From contig LFCP01000007.1 of assembly GCA_001189155.1 (NCBI GenBank), forward strand, positions 1-58,438: a stretch of 58,438 nucleotides of DNA, in the 5' to 3' direction. The translations under genes were made by a program, and so were the position numbers. Each line of letters opens with the position of its first letter. Position 1 is the first letter of the stretch. A model generated the notes under the pieces. It made no database searches. It was not told where the DNA came from and saw nothing but the letters and a program-made list of their open reading frames with translations. Below, one piece after another: positions 25,584-34,592 of the stretch. The DNA comes from Parcubacteria bacterium C7867-006 (lineage in GTDB: Bacteria; Patescibacteriota; Minisyncoccia; Phycocordibacterales; DATDWN01).

Positions 25584-26081
25584 TCAGTCTCTGGTATATT
25601 CAACGACAGAGAAGGGGAAGAAATTCTTCTCGTCCACCTCTTGGTTGAAGAGTGTTTCCGCATTCCAGTTTCCTGGCATGGGAGGAAAGAACGTGTCTCC
25701 TTCGATGAGGGAGAATAGGTGGGTGACGATGAGTCTTGATGTGTAGGGCATCATCAAGCGGTAGATTTCTGCACCGCCAATGATGAAGACTTCATCTCGC
25801 AGTTCGGCCAGTCGCAGAACTTCATCGCGATGGTGAAGAACGAGACAGTCTGGTTGGGAGTAGTTTGAATCCCTTGTGAGGATTACATTTTCTCTTTCAG
25901 GAAGGGGTTTGAATCTGGCGGGGATTGAGTCGAAGGTTTTCCGACCCATGACTACAGTCTTATTCATGGTCACTTTCTTGAAGTGGTCCATGTCGGCACG
26001 GAGTTTTCCTGCCCACGGCAGGTTTCCGTTTTTGCCGATTACTCCAAGTCGCGCCATCGCGACGATCATTGTGATTTTCAT
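25584..26081 (-). CDS. folA: Dihydrofolate reductase; island gene 5
   Basis: 165 aa with IVAMARLGVIGKNGNLPW, VVMGRKTFDSI and FIIGGAEIY. Confidence 0.9.
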   Translation of the reverse strand: MKITMIVAMARLGVIGKNGNLPWAGKLRADMDHFKKVTMNKTVVMGRKTFDSIPARFKPLPERENVILTRDSNYSQPDCLVLHHRDEVLRLAELRDEVFIIGGAEIYRLMMPYTSRLIVTHLFSLIEGDTFFPPMPGNWNAETLFNQEVDEKNFFPFSVVEYTRD

Positions 26082-26144
26082 CGTGTCCTCTCTGGGCTCG
26101 ATATTATACTTTATAAACTACTGGGTCAATGCTATTATTTAAAA

Positions 26145-26567
26145 ATGATTTTAAAGGTTAAAAGGCTTGAGTCTGATGCGATTTTACCAAGTTATGCTCA
26201 TCCAGGTGATGCAGGTTTAGATATATATTCTGGTGAAGATTTAACTCTAGCTCCAGGAGAATCAGGAAAAGTAAAAACAGGTGTGTCATTAGAAATTCAA
26301 GATGGTTTCGTCGGTCTTGTTTGGGATAAAAGCGGTCTTTCAATAAATCATGGTATAAAGACATTGGGTGGTGTAGTTGATTCTGGGTACAGAGGAGAAA
26401 TTATGATAGGAGTGATAAATCTTGGTAAAGAGTCATACACGTTTGAAAAAGGTCACAAAGTAGCTCAAATGTTAATTCAAAAAATTGAAAGGGTAGAAGT
26501 CATCGAGTCAGATGAATTAAATGATACAAGTAGAGGAGTTGGAGGTTTTGGTAGTACTGGTAAATAG
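26145..26567 (+). CDS. dut: dUTP diphosphatase (trimeric dUTPase)
   Basis: The ATG at 26145 gives MILKVKRL... with motifs AGLDI, GVVDSGYRGEI and SRGVGGFGSTG. The tracked ORF start at 25983 lies in the GC-rich region antisense to folA. Confidence 0.92.
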   Translation: MILKVKRLESDAILPSYAHPGDAGLDIYSGEDLTLAPGESGKVKTGVSLEIQDGFVGLVWDKSGLSINHGIKTLGGVVDSGYRGEIMIGVINLGKESYTFEKGHKVAQMLIQKIERVEVIESDELNDTSRGVGGFGSTGK

Positions 26568-26580
26568 TTTGAAAAATAAA

Positions 26581-28284
26581 ATGAAAGAAGAAATAATAAA
26601 AAAAATTGAAGAGTTTCTGAAAGAAAAAGGAGTTCAAAATCCTAAAGTTAAATTGGCGCCTTCTGACTATTCAAAATTTTCTGCTGATTATTCGACAAAT
26701 GTCGCAATGGTTTATGCTAAGTTACTAAATATAAAACCCTCTGACTTGGCAATAGAAATTAGGCAATCGATAGAATCTCCCAGTCTTGGTAGAGTGCAAT
26801 CTAGTAATATTGATGGTTTCATCAATTTCTTTTTTGATAAAAAATATTTTGGAGATAATGTTTCAAAAATAATTGAGGAGGGGGGGAGGTTTGGAAAGAA
26901 CGAGAATCTAAAAGGTCAAAAGACTATCATTGAGTACACAGTGTGTAATGTATTAAAACCAATGCACATAGGTCACTTAATGGGTAATGTGATAGGAGAG
27001 TCACTTTCACGAATTATTGAAGCTGAGGGTGCCGAGGTTAAAAGAAACAACTACCAAGGTGATAGTGGGCTACATATTGCAAAAGCAGTATGGGGGATAA
27101 TAAAGTCTGGGGGAAAAATAGAAGGCAGTCTTTCAGAAAAAACAAAGTACATAGGTGATGCATATGCTCTAGGTTCTAATTCATATGATGATGATGAGAA
27201 TGCACAGAAGGAAATAAAAGAGTTGAATGAAAAAATATTTAAAAAAGAAGATGAAAATCTAAATGATATTTATAAGTGGGGAAGACAAGTTTCACTGGAT
27301 CATTTCGAAGAGTTGTATAAAAAGCTGGGCACAAAGTTTGATTATTATTTCTTTGAGAGTGAAGTTGCCGATAGTGCACTCACAATAGTTAGAGAGTTTT
27401 TGTTAAAAGGCGTATTTGAGGAGAGTGATGGCGCTGTTGTCTTCAAGGGTGAGAAGTATGATCCAAAGCTTCACACTAGAGTATTTATAAGCAGTCAGGG
27501 TATTCCTATGTATGAAGCAAAGGATATCGCCCATGCTCTACGAAAATATGAAACATATAAGTTTGATAAATCTATTATTGTTACTGCAAACGAGCAAAGT
27601 CAGTATTTCAAAGTTGTGCTGAGAGCCTTAAAAGAAGTTAACCCTGAAATAGCTGTAAAGACAGAGCACCTAGCGCATGGTATTTTAAAACTTCCAACAG
27701 GAAAGATGTCTTCTCGAAAAGGCAACACTATAACTGGAGAGACTCTGATAAATGATGTTGAGGAGATGGTCAGAGAAAAAATAAAAGATTCTGAATTTTC
27801 TGAATCAGAAAAAGATAACATTGCTGAATTGGTGGCGATAGGAGCGATAAAATATTCAATTCTTCATCAAGCTATCGGAGGGGATATTGTTTTTGATTTT
27901 GATAAGTCTATTTCATTTGAAGGAGACTCTGGTCCATATCTTCAGTACTCTGCTGTACGTGCAAACTCAATTTTGAAAAAAGCAGAGGGGGTGGTAAGTG
28001 TGTCAAAAAATATTCCAGATAGTTGGGAGACGACAAACTTAGAAAGAATTCTTGAGCGATTTCCAGATATTGTTGCTAGAGCAGGAAGTGAATACGCTCC
28101 GCACTACATAGCGACTTATCTTGTTGAACTAGCAGGGGAGTTCAACTCATTTTATGCTAGTCACAAAATAATAGACGAGGGGAATATAACTTCTCCATAT
28201 CGACTTACTCTTACGCAAGCTTTCTATCAAGTAATGCTTTCTGGATTAAATTTGCTCGGAATAAAAGTTCCAGAAAAAATGTAG
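26581..28284 (+). CDS. argS: Arginyl-tRNA synthetase
   Basis: 567 aa from the ATG at 26581. It has an HIGH motif (PMHIGHLMGN), an MSSRKG (KMSKS-like) motif and an Arg-tRNA anticodon-binding C-terminus. Confidence 0.92.
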   Translation: MKEEIIKKIEEFLKEKGVQNPKVKLAPSDYSKFSADYSTNVAMVYAKLLNIKPSDLAIEIRQSIESPSLGRVQSSNIDGFINFFFDKKYFGDNVSKIIEEGGRFGKNENLKGQKTIIEYTVCNVLKPMHIGHLMGNVIGESLSRIIEAEGAEVKRNNYQGDSGLHIAKAVWGIIKSGGKIEGSLSEKTKYIGDAYALGSNSYDDDENAQKEIKELNEKIFKKEDENLNDIYKWGRQVSLDHFEELYKKLGTKFDYYFFESEVADSALTIVREFLLKGVFEESDGAVVFKGEKYDPKLHTRVFISSQGIPMYEAKDIAHALRKYETYKFDKSIIVTANEQSQYFKVVLRALKEVNPEIAVKTEHLAHGILKLPTGKMSSRKGNTITGETLINDVEEMVREKIKDSEFSESEKDNIAELVAIGAIKYSILHQAIGGDIVFDFDKSISFEGDSGPYLQYSAVRANSILKKAEGVVSVSKNIPDSWETTNLERILERFPDIVARAGSEYAPHYIATYLVELAGEFNSFYASHKIIDEGNITSPYRLTLTQAFYQVMLSGLNLLGIKVPEKM

Positions 28285-28299
28285 TTATGCTATAGTATT

Positions 28300-28490
28300 T
28301 TTAGCGATTGAGGGGAATAATCAACCCCGAGCTAACTAGGAAGAAAGCCTGTTGGTGAGTAGAACCTAGCGGGTAAGCCCGTTATAGTTGTAATGAGATC
28401 TGTCGATAAGGCAGAAAACAAGGTGGTACCACGAAGAAATTCGTCCTTGCTTAGGAACAGTATGTTCCTGTGCGAGGACGAATTTTTTAT
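28300..28490 (+). promoter_or_regulatory. T-box leader (tRNA-sensing riboswitch) controlling ileS
   Basis: Conserved T-box core AACAAGGTGGTACCACG (28417-28433, UGGU bulge). It overlaps the 5' arm of a terminator pairing AAATTCGTCCT (28437-28447) with AGGACGAATTT (28475-28485), followed by a T-run. Stem I-like GGTGAGT and AGAAA elements lie at ~28340-28365. A TATAGT -10 box is at 28291. Confidence 0.75.
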
Positions 28491-28545
28491 AAAAATAAAT
28501 ATATTTATTTTTATCATTAAAAAGTAAATTAAAAAATTTATCAAT

Positions 28546-31500
28546 ATGACCGAAGAAAATAAAAAAGGCGAGGTGGCTTTGAAAGAGGAGAAGATCCTTG
28601 AGTTTTGGAATGAAAATAAAATATTTGAAAAAACTTTGGACAAACCTGTTCATGAAAGTTTTCTTTCAAAAATTGGTTTAGGGGGACGAAAAGAGTTTGT
28701 ATTTTTTGAAGGTCCTCCAACAGCAAATGCAAAGCCAGCGCTCCACCACCTCGAGTCTCGAGTTTTTAAAGATATTATTCCTCGTTTCAAAACGATGCAG
28801 GGTTTTCATGTTAGGCGAAAAGCTGGTTGGGATACTCACGGACTTCCAGTTGAGTTGCAGATTGAGAAAAAACTTGGACTGAAATCTAAAAAAGAAATAG
28901 AAGCCTATGGTGTTGAGCAGTTCAATAAAGAGTGTAAAGACAGTGTTTTTACATATATTTCTGATTGGGAAAAGTTCACAGACAGAATAGGATACTGGGT
29001 TGATAAAAAGGATGCCTATTATACTTTTGATACACCATACATCGAGTCTGTTTGGAATATTTTGAAAACTGTAAACGAAAGAGGTTTGTTGTATAAGGAC
29101 TATAAAGTTTTGCCTTGGTGTCCACGATGTGGGACAGCCCTTTCTTCACACGAGTTGGCTCAAGGTTATCAGGATGATAAGGATTTGTCTGTTACTGCAA
29201 AGTTTAAAGTTGTCGGTGAGGATAACACGTATATACTCGCGTGGACTACTACACCTTGGACTTTACCAGGAAATGTTGCTTTAGCAATAGGGAAGGATAT
29301 TGAATATATAAGATATAAACAGAACGGTGAACAACTTATTATTGCAAAAGAATTGGCATCCAAATTTTTTCCAGATTTTGATCCTGAAAACAAAAATCAG
29401 TGGGAAAATATTTTTCAGAGTGAGCTTTTGAAGATGAGATACGAACCTCTCTATCCTTTTATGCAACAAAAGTTTGGAGACAAAAATCCAGAAGCATTTG
29501 CAAAAGCATACAAGGTATATGCTGCAGACTTTGTTACAACAACAGATGGAACTGGTATCGTTCACACAGCTGTTATGTATGGACAGGATGACTTTGTTTT
29601 GGGAAACCAGATCGGTTTACCGAAGTTTCACTTGGTAAAAGATGACGGTCATTATTTAGATGGAATGGATTTTCTTTCTGATAGGTTTGTAAAAGATGAG
29701 GAGGTAGCGGTTGATATTATAAAAGACCTAGCTCACAGAGGTTTGCTTTTCAAAAAAGAAAAGTATGAACACTCATACCCACATTGTTGGAGATGTAAAA
29801 CTCCACTTATCTACTACGCGAGAGACTCTTGGTATATATCAATGTCAAAACTCCGAAATGAATTGGTTGCAGAAAACGAGGGAATTGTTTGGGAACCAGC
29901 TCATATAAAAGAGGGACGTTTTGGCGAGTGGCTTCGCGAGATAAAAGACTGGGCGATTTCCAGAGAGAGGTATTGGGGAACACCACTTCCTATTTGGAAA
30001 AACGAGGAGGGAAAAATAAAAGTTATAGGAAGTGTTGATGAATTGAAAAAATATTCAAAAAAGTCTGGTAATAAGTATTTCATAATACGTCATGGAGAGG
30101 GAGAACATAATGTTGCAAATATAATCAGCTCTAAAAAAGATGATAATTTCCATCTGACAGAAAAGGGTAGAGAGCAGGTAAAAGTTTCTGCAGAGAGCTT
30201 AAAAGAAAAGGGAATTACAAAAATTATTTCATCTCCTTTTGTAAGGACTGTGGAGACCGCTGAAATAGTCAGAGAGATTTTAGGTTTAGAGAAAGATAAA
30301 GTTTCTTTTGATGATAGATTGGGAGAACATAATCTAGGAACATTAAGTGGACAGAGTGTTGATGAGTATCACAAAATAGCAAAGACAGATGAGGGCATAT
30401 ATGAAATGAAAGCTGGTGGAGGAGAGAGTCTTTTTGATGTTAAGGTTCGAACAGGACAGTTTATCTATGAGGCAGACAGAGCAAATCAAAACGAAACGAT
30501 ACTTATAATTGCGCATGAACATACAGCGTGGGCTTTGGAGTCTGCTGCATATGGATATAACAAAAAACAGACTGTTGATTTCGCAAAAGATAAAGAAGAG
30601 TTTATAAAAACTGCAGAGATTCATGAATTAGATTTTGTTCAGTTACCACATAACGCGAGCTACGAGGTTGATTTGCATAAACCATATATAGATGGTGTTG
30701 AGCTTGTAGATGAAGATGGAAACACTCTTACTCGTGTAAAAGAAGTTATGGATGTTTGGTTTGATTCTGGAGCTATGCCTTTTGCTCAAGATCATTATCC
30801 TTGGAACAAAGGAGAGCTTTTGTACCCAGCAGATTTTATTTCAGAAGCAATAGATCAAACAAGAGGCTGGTTTTATACACTTCACGCTATAGGAGTTTTG
30901 ATGGGTAAGGGTAAAGCCTATAAAAATGTTATTTGTTTAGGTCATATTCTAGATTCTGAAGGTAAAAAAATGTCTAAGTCAGTAGGAAATATTATAGACC
31001 CATGGTTAATGATGGATAAATACGGAGTAGATGCTCTGCGTTTATGGATGTACACAGTTAATAGCCCTGGAGATTCAAAAAACTTTGATGAGAAAACAGT
31101 GGATGAAATTGTAAAAAAAGTTTTCAATCCACTTCTAAATATTGTTGCTTTTTATGAGTTGTATAAAGATGAGAGTATTGTTGCACACAATAAAAGCGAA
31201 AATATTTTGGATAAATGGATACTGTCACGACTAAACGAGCTTTTGAAAAATGGAACAACATCACTAGAAAAGTTCCAAGTTTTTGAATCCGCACGTCCTA
31301 TTAGGGATTTCACAAATGATTTTTCAACTTGGTATGTTCGTAGATCAAGAGAAAGATTTAAATCAGATGATGCAAAAGAAAAAAGCGATGCTTTGGGTAC
31401 AACATTGTTTGTGCTTAAAGAGTTAGCAAAATATATGGCGCCATTCACTCCATTTTTTGCCGAGGAAATCTATCAGAAAATTAAGTCACCAGATGATGCA

Positions 31501-32010
31501 GAGAGTATACATCTTTGTGTGTGGCCAGAGGTGGGAGAAGTTAATACTGAAATAATAGATAGTATGAAAAAGGTTCGGGAGGTTGTAACTTCGGCACTAG
31601 AGATAAGACAAAAATCAGGACACAAGGTTCGACAGCCACTAGCAAAACTTTCTATTCCAGAGAATCTTTCACAGGAACTTCTGGATATTATTGCGGATGA
31701 AGTAAATGTAAAACAGGTTGTTATAGAAGGAACTGAAGTGAAGCTGGACACCGAACTAACAGATGGTTTAAAGAAAGAGGGAATAGCTCGAGATATTATT
31801 CGAGCAATTCAGGATGCAAGAAAGAAAGAAAACCTAAACCCAAGTGACGCGATAAAACTAGTAGTAAGTACAGACAAAAAAGAAATAGTAAATGAATATA
31901 TGGAAATGATAAAATCTCCAACTGGGGTGACTGAAATATCATACTCAAACGATGAGCAAAACTACGTTGTTGAGGTTGAAGGTAAGACATCTTTCTCTGT
32001 GATAAAGTAG
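28546..32010 (+). CDS. ileS: Isoleucyl-tRNA synthetase (type 2-like) with an inserted histidine-phosphatase domain
   Basis: 1154 aa with a CP1 editing domain (TTPWTLPGN), WAISRERYWGTPLPIW and KMSKS. Residues ~510-700 (nt 30073-30645) carry RHGEGEHN, SSPFVRTVETA, GEHNLG and IIAHEHT, which is the phosphoglycerate-mutase-like phosphatase signature. Confidence 0.93.
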   Translation: MTEENKKGEVALKEEKILEFWNENKIFEKTLDKPVHESFLSKIGLGGRKEFVFFEGPPTANAKPALHHLESRVFKDIIPRFKTMQGFHVRRKAGWDTHGLPVELQIEKKLGLKSKKEIEAYGVEQFNKECKDSVFTYISDWEKFTDRIGYWVDKKDAYYTFDTPYIESVWNILKTVNERGLLYKDYKVLPWCPRCGTALSSHELAQGYQDDKDLSVTAKFKVVGEDNTYILAWTTTPWTLPGNVALAIGKDIEYIRYKQNGEQLIIAKELASKFFPDFDPENKNQWENIFQSELLKMRYEPLYPFMQQKFGDKNPEAFAKAYKVYAADFVTTTDGTGIVHTAVMYGQDDFVLGNQIGLPKFHLVKDDGHYLDGMDFLSDRFVKDEEVAVDIIKDLAHRGLLFKKEKYEHSYPHCWRCKTPLIYYARDSWYISMSKLRNELVAENEGIVWEPAHIKEGRFGEWLREIKDWAISRERYWGTPLPIWKNEEGKIKVIGSVDELKKYSKKSGNKYFIIRHGEGEHNVANIISSKKDDNFHLTEKGREQVKVSAESLKEKGITKIISSPFVRTVETAEIVREILGLEKDKVSFDDRLGEHNLGTLSGQSVDEYHKIAKTDEGIYEMKAGGGESLFDVKVRTGQFIYEADRANQNETILIIAHEHTAWALESAAYGYNKKQTVDFAKDKEEFIKTAEIHELDFVQLPHNASYEVDLHKPYIDGVELVDEDGNTLTRVKEVMDVWFDSGAMPFAQDHYPWNKGELLYPADFISEAIDQTRGWFYTLHAIGVLMGKGKAYKNVICLGHILDSEGKKMSKSVGNIIDPWLMMDKYGVDALRLWMYTVNSPGDSKNFDEKTVDEIVKKVFNPLLNIVAFYELYKDESIVAHNKSENILDKWILSRLNELLKNGTTSLEKFQVFESARPIRDFTNDFSTWYVRRSRERFKSDDAKEKSDALGTTLFVLKELAKYMAPFTPFFAEEIYQKIKSPDDAESIHLCVWPEVGEVNTEIIDSMKKVREVVTSALEIRQKSGHKVRQPLAKLSIPENLSQELLDIIADEVNVKQVVIEGTEVKLDTELTDGLKKEGIARDIIRAIQDARKKENLNPSDAIKLVVSTDKKEIVNEYMEMIKSPTGVTEISYSNDEQNYVVEVEGKTSFSVIK

Positions 32011-32017
32011 GGTCAAT

Positions 32018-32602
32018 ATGTCCTACCATATATATACTACTGAAGGCATAATTCTAAAAAGGACTTCTTTCGGAGAGGCCAACTTAATTCTATATATTTT
32101 GACTTTTGATTTGGGTCTTATCATTGCTTCTGCTCGCTCTGCTAGATTGGCTGTTTCAAAGCTTCGTCCAGCACTACAGGAATACACTAATGTGACCCTC
32201 TCTTGTGTTAAAGGTAAGGGTGGGTGGAAAGTTACAAATGTTGTAGCACTACAAAACTTTTATTTTGATCATCCAGAATACACTCACAAAACTCTTGCTC
32301 ACATTGTTTCACTTCTTATAAAAATGATGCCAGGGGAGGCAAGCAACCCAGATGTTTTTAAGATTATTAAAGAGGCTTTTACTCATATAAAAAATCTAAA
32401 GGAAGAGAGTGTTGATAATTTTGAGATTCTTGTTGTTTTAAGAGTTTTATTTGAATTAGGATACGTTGATAAAAGTTCTGTCTCAGAAAAATATATCGAC
32501 GCAGAATTAAATTTTGATGATGAGTTCTTGTCCGGTATTTCAACAGATAAAATCAAACTAGTTAGTGTTATAAATAATTCACTCAAAGCTAGTCAGTTAT
32601 AG
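32018..32602 (+). CDS. recO: DNA repair protein RecO (short form)
   Basis: 194 aa. The N-terminal OB fold reads EGIILKRTSFGEANLILYILT...G. Confidence 0.6.
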   Translation: MSYHIYTTEGIILKRTSFGEANLILYILTFDLGLIIASARSARLAVSKLRPALQEYTNVTLSCVKGKGGWKVTNVVALQNFYFDHPEYTHKTLAHIVSLLIKMMPGEASNPDVFKIIKEAFTHIKNLKEESVDNFEILVVLRVLFELGYVDKSSVSEKYIDAELNFDDEFLSGISTDKIKLVSVINNSLKASQL

Positions 32603-32641
32603 TTTTCAAAATGTATTTGGTCTGTGTTATAATTATTTTCT

Positions 32642-34549
32642 ATGGGACCAAACTCCGAAGAAAGTAGTATAGAGCGTTTGAAAAGAAATCTTTATTCTAG
32701 AAATGAAGCTCTTGTTCCAAAAGAGAAGAGAACTCCTGTACCTCCTCATGAGCTGGAGGTAAAAAGTGATTGGGGAGATAATCCATCTTTTAATCTAAAT
32801 ACAGAAGATATGGTAAAGAAAAATAATTCATTTTTTAATAAGTTTTTGATGTATTCAGTAGGTTTTTTTATCCTATCTTTGGCTGTAGCACTCTTCATAT
32901 TTTATGGGGGTTTGAATATGATTTCTTCAAACAATCTAGATATAAACATCATAGCTCCAAGCACTGTGTCTTCTGGAGAGGAGTTGTCTGCCGGTCTTTC
33001 TGTTGTGAATGGTAACCGAACAGACCTAGAAGAGGTGGCTCTATTTATTGATTATCCAGATGGAGCGGCTGCCACTGGAGAAGAGAATAAAATACTAACT
33101 CATGACAAAATTAATCTAGGCACTATTCCTAAAGGTAAATCTGCTGACTATACAATAAATGCAGTTTTGTTTGGAGAAAAAGATGCAGTGAAAACATTTA
33201 TCTTGAAATTGGAATATAAAGTTAAAGGCTCTAACGCTATTTTCTCAAAGGAGAAAACCTTCGATGTTTCTATAGGCTCATCTCCACTCATTATGGATAT
33301 TGATTATCCAAAAGAAGTAAACTCTGGACAGATAATAACCATTAACGTAAGTCTGACATCAAACTCTACTGCTCCAATACAAAACACTCTGGTTAAAGTT
33401 GAATATCCATATGGCTTTACTTATAAAGATTCAAACATAAATCCATACAGAGATAATTCGATATGGAATCTCGGTGATCTAAAAGGTGGAGATAAAAAAG
33501 TTTTAACTATACGTGGAGTTTTGGTTGGACAAAATTTGGAAGATAGGTCTTTCAGGATTTCTGCTGGTTCTCAAAGTTCAGACAATCTAAAAGATTTTGA
33601 AACCCCTTTGGCTACAGGAATATTTACAATGGGTATAAGAAAATCTTTCTATAATCTAACTGTTACAGCTGATAATGACATCGCGTATACCGCAGGTCAG
33701 TATATTCCAGTAACTATAAAATGGCAGAATACTCTTCCAGATAAAATACTAAATAATAAAATAGAGGTTGCGATATCCGGCAACGCTTTTGATAGAAATA
33801 AAGTTACATCAAGTGGAGGAGGCTTTTATCAGTCCATTAATAATATGATAGTTTGGGATAAAAATGGTACAAATAGTCTTTTGTCTATTTTACCTGGAGA
33901 TTCTAATCAAGTTTCATTTACTCTTTCTTCGATTGCAGATCTTACTTCTGGTAGGTTAATTAAAAATCCTCATATAGATTTGCATGTTGTTATGTCGGGA
34001 GATCGTTCAGGCACAGATGCGACAACTATTTTTTCTGAAGAAGACGTGACAATAAAAATTGCATCTAATCTTGGAATAAAAGCTAAAACATTAAGAGACG
34101 TTGGGCCTTTTACAAATACTGGACCTATTCCTCCTCGTGCAGATAATGAAAGTACATATACAGTGACTTGGACTCTTTTAAACTCTACAAACGATGTTAA
34201 AAATACTATTGTTTCAGCTACTTTGCCTGCAGGTATTGTTTGGAAGGGTGAGACTTCTCCGATTAATGAGAAAATAGATTATAATTCAGACAACAGAACT
34301 ATAACTTGGAATGTGGGCGGAGTTTCTGCTGGTGTTGGTTACTCTTTTGCTCCTAGAGAAGTGTCATTTAAAGTTGGTTTGGCTCCAAGCATAAATCAAA
34401 TTGGCTCAGTTCCGTCTTTAACTTCTAACATATCAGCTACAGCTATGGATACATATACAGAAAAATCAATCAGTTCTAGTGCGCAAGCTGTTACTACTCG
34501 TTATTCTGACCCATCATTTGTCCCAGGCAAAGAAATAGTTACAAAATAG
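32642..34549 (+). CDS. Membrane-anchored extracellular protein with repeated Ig/CARDB-like beta domains
   Basis: 635 aa. Cytoplasmic N-terminus, one TM helix (~aa 65-90), then several ~100-aa beta-rich modules (..VSSGEELSAGLSVVNGN.., ..NSGQIITINVSLTSN..). Confidence 0.55.
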   Translation: MGPNSEESSIERLKRNLYSRNEALVPKEKRTPVPPHELEVKSDWGDNPSFNLNTEDMVKKNNSFFNKFLMYSVGFFILSLAVALFIFYGGLNMISSNNLDINIIAPSTVSSGEELSAGLSVVNGNRTDLEEVALFIDYPDGAAATGEENKILTHDKINLGTIPKGKSADYTINAVLFGEKDAVKTFILKLEYKVKGSNAIFSKEKTFDVSIGSSPLIMDIDYPKEVNSGQIITINVSLTSNSTAPIQNTLVKVEYPYGFTYKDSNINPYRDNSIWNLGDLKGGDKKVLTIRGVLVGQNLEDRSFRISAGSQSSDNLKDFETPLATGIFTMGIRKSFYNLTVTADNDIAYTAGQYIPVTIKWQNTLPDKILNNKIEVAISGNAFDRNKVTSSGGGFYQSINNMIVWDKNGTNSLLSILPGDSNQVSFTLSSIADLTSGRLIKNPHIDLHVVMSGDRSGTDATTIFSEEDVTIKIASNLGIKAKTLRDVGPFTNTGPIPPRADNESTYTVTWTLLNSTNDVKNTIVSATLPAGIVWKGETSPINEKIDYNSDNRTITWNVGGVSAGVGYSFAPREVSFKVGLAPSINQIGSVPSLTSNISATAMDTYTEKSISSSAQAVTTRYSDPSFVPGKEIVTK

Positions 34550-34592
34550 AGCCTATCTTGGCTAAAATCTAAAGTCGGGGTAGTATACTCAT

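Noticed and set aside
22414-26142. Fourteen additional ORFs of 60-216 aa in the six-frame track, overlapping or antisense to the five island genes (e.g. 22414-22671, 22699-22941, 23271-23507, 23422-23694, 24434-24676, 24921-25571, 25876-26142).
   Set aside because: They lack recognisable motifs, have Arg/Ser/Pro-rich junk-like translations, and overlap ORFs with clear enzyme signatures. Long spurious antisense ORFs are expected in GC-rich DNA because stop codons are AT-rich.
25983-26144. A 54-codon N-terminal extension of the dut ORF, as listed in the ORF track.
   Set aside because: The extension is antisense to folA inside the GC-rich island and has no dUTPase similarity. The ATG at 26145 gives a standard dUTPase N-terminus (MILKVKRL..).
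28332-28732. Three minus-strand ORFs (63-103 aa) overlapping the ileS leader and the start of ileS.
   Set aside because: The region is explained by the T-box leader and the ileS N-terminus. The translations are low-complexity, Phe/Ile/Lys-rich and typical of AT-rich non-coding frames.
30073-30645. An intein or a mobile insertion as the explanation for the extra segment in IleRS.
   Set aside because: There are no intein splice-junction residues or endonuclease motifs. The composition matches the host gene, and the segment has a complete histidine-phosphatase signature, so a domain insertion is the better description.
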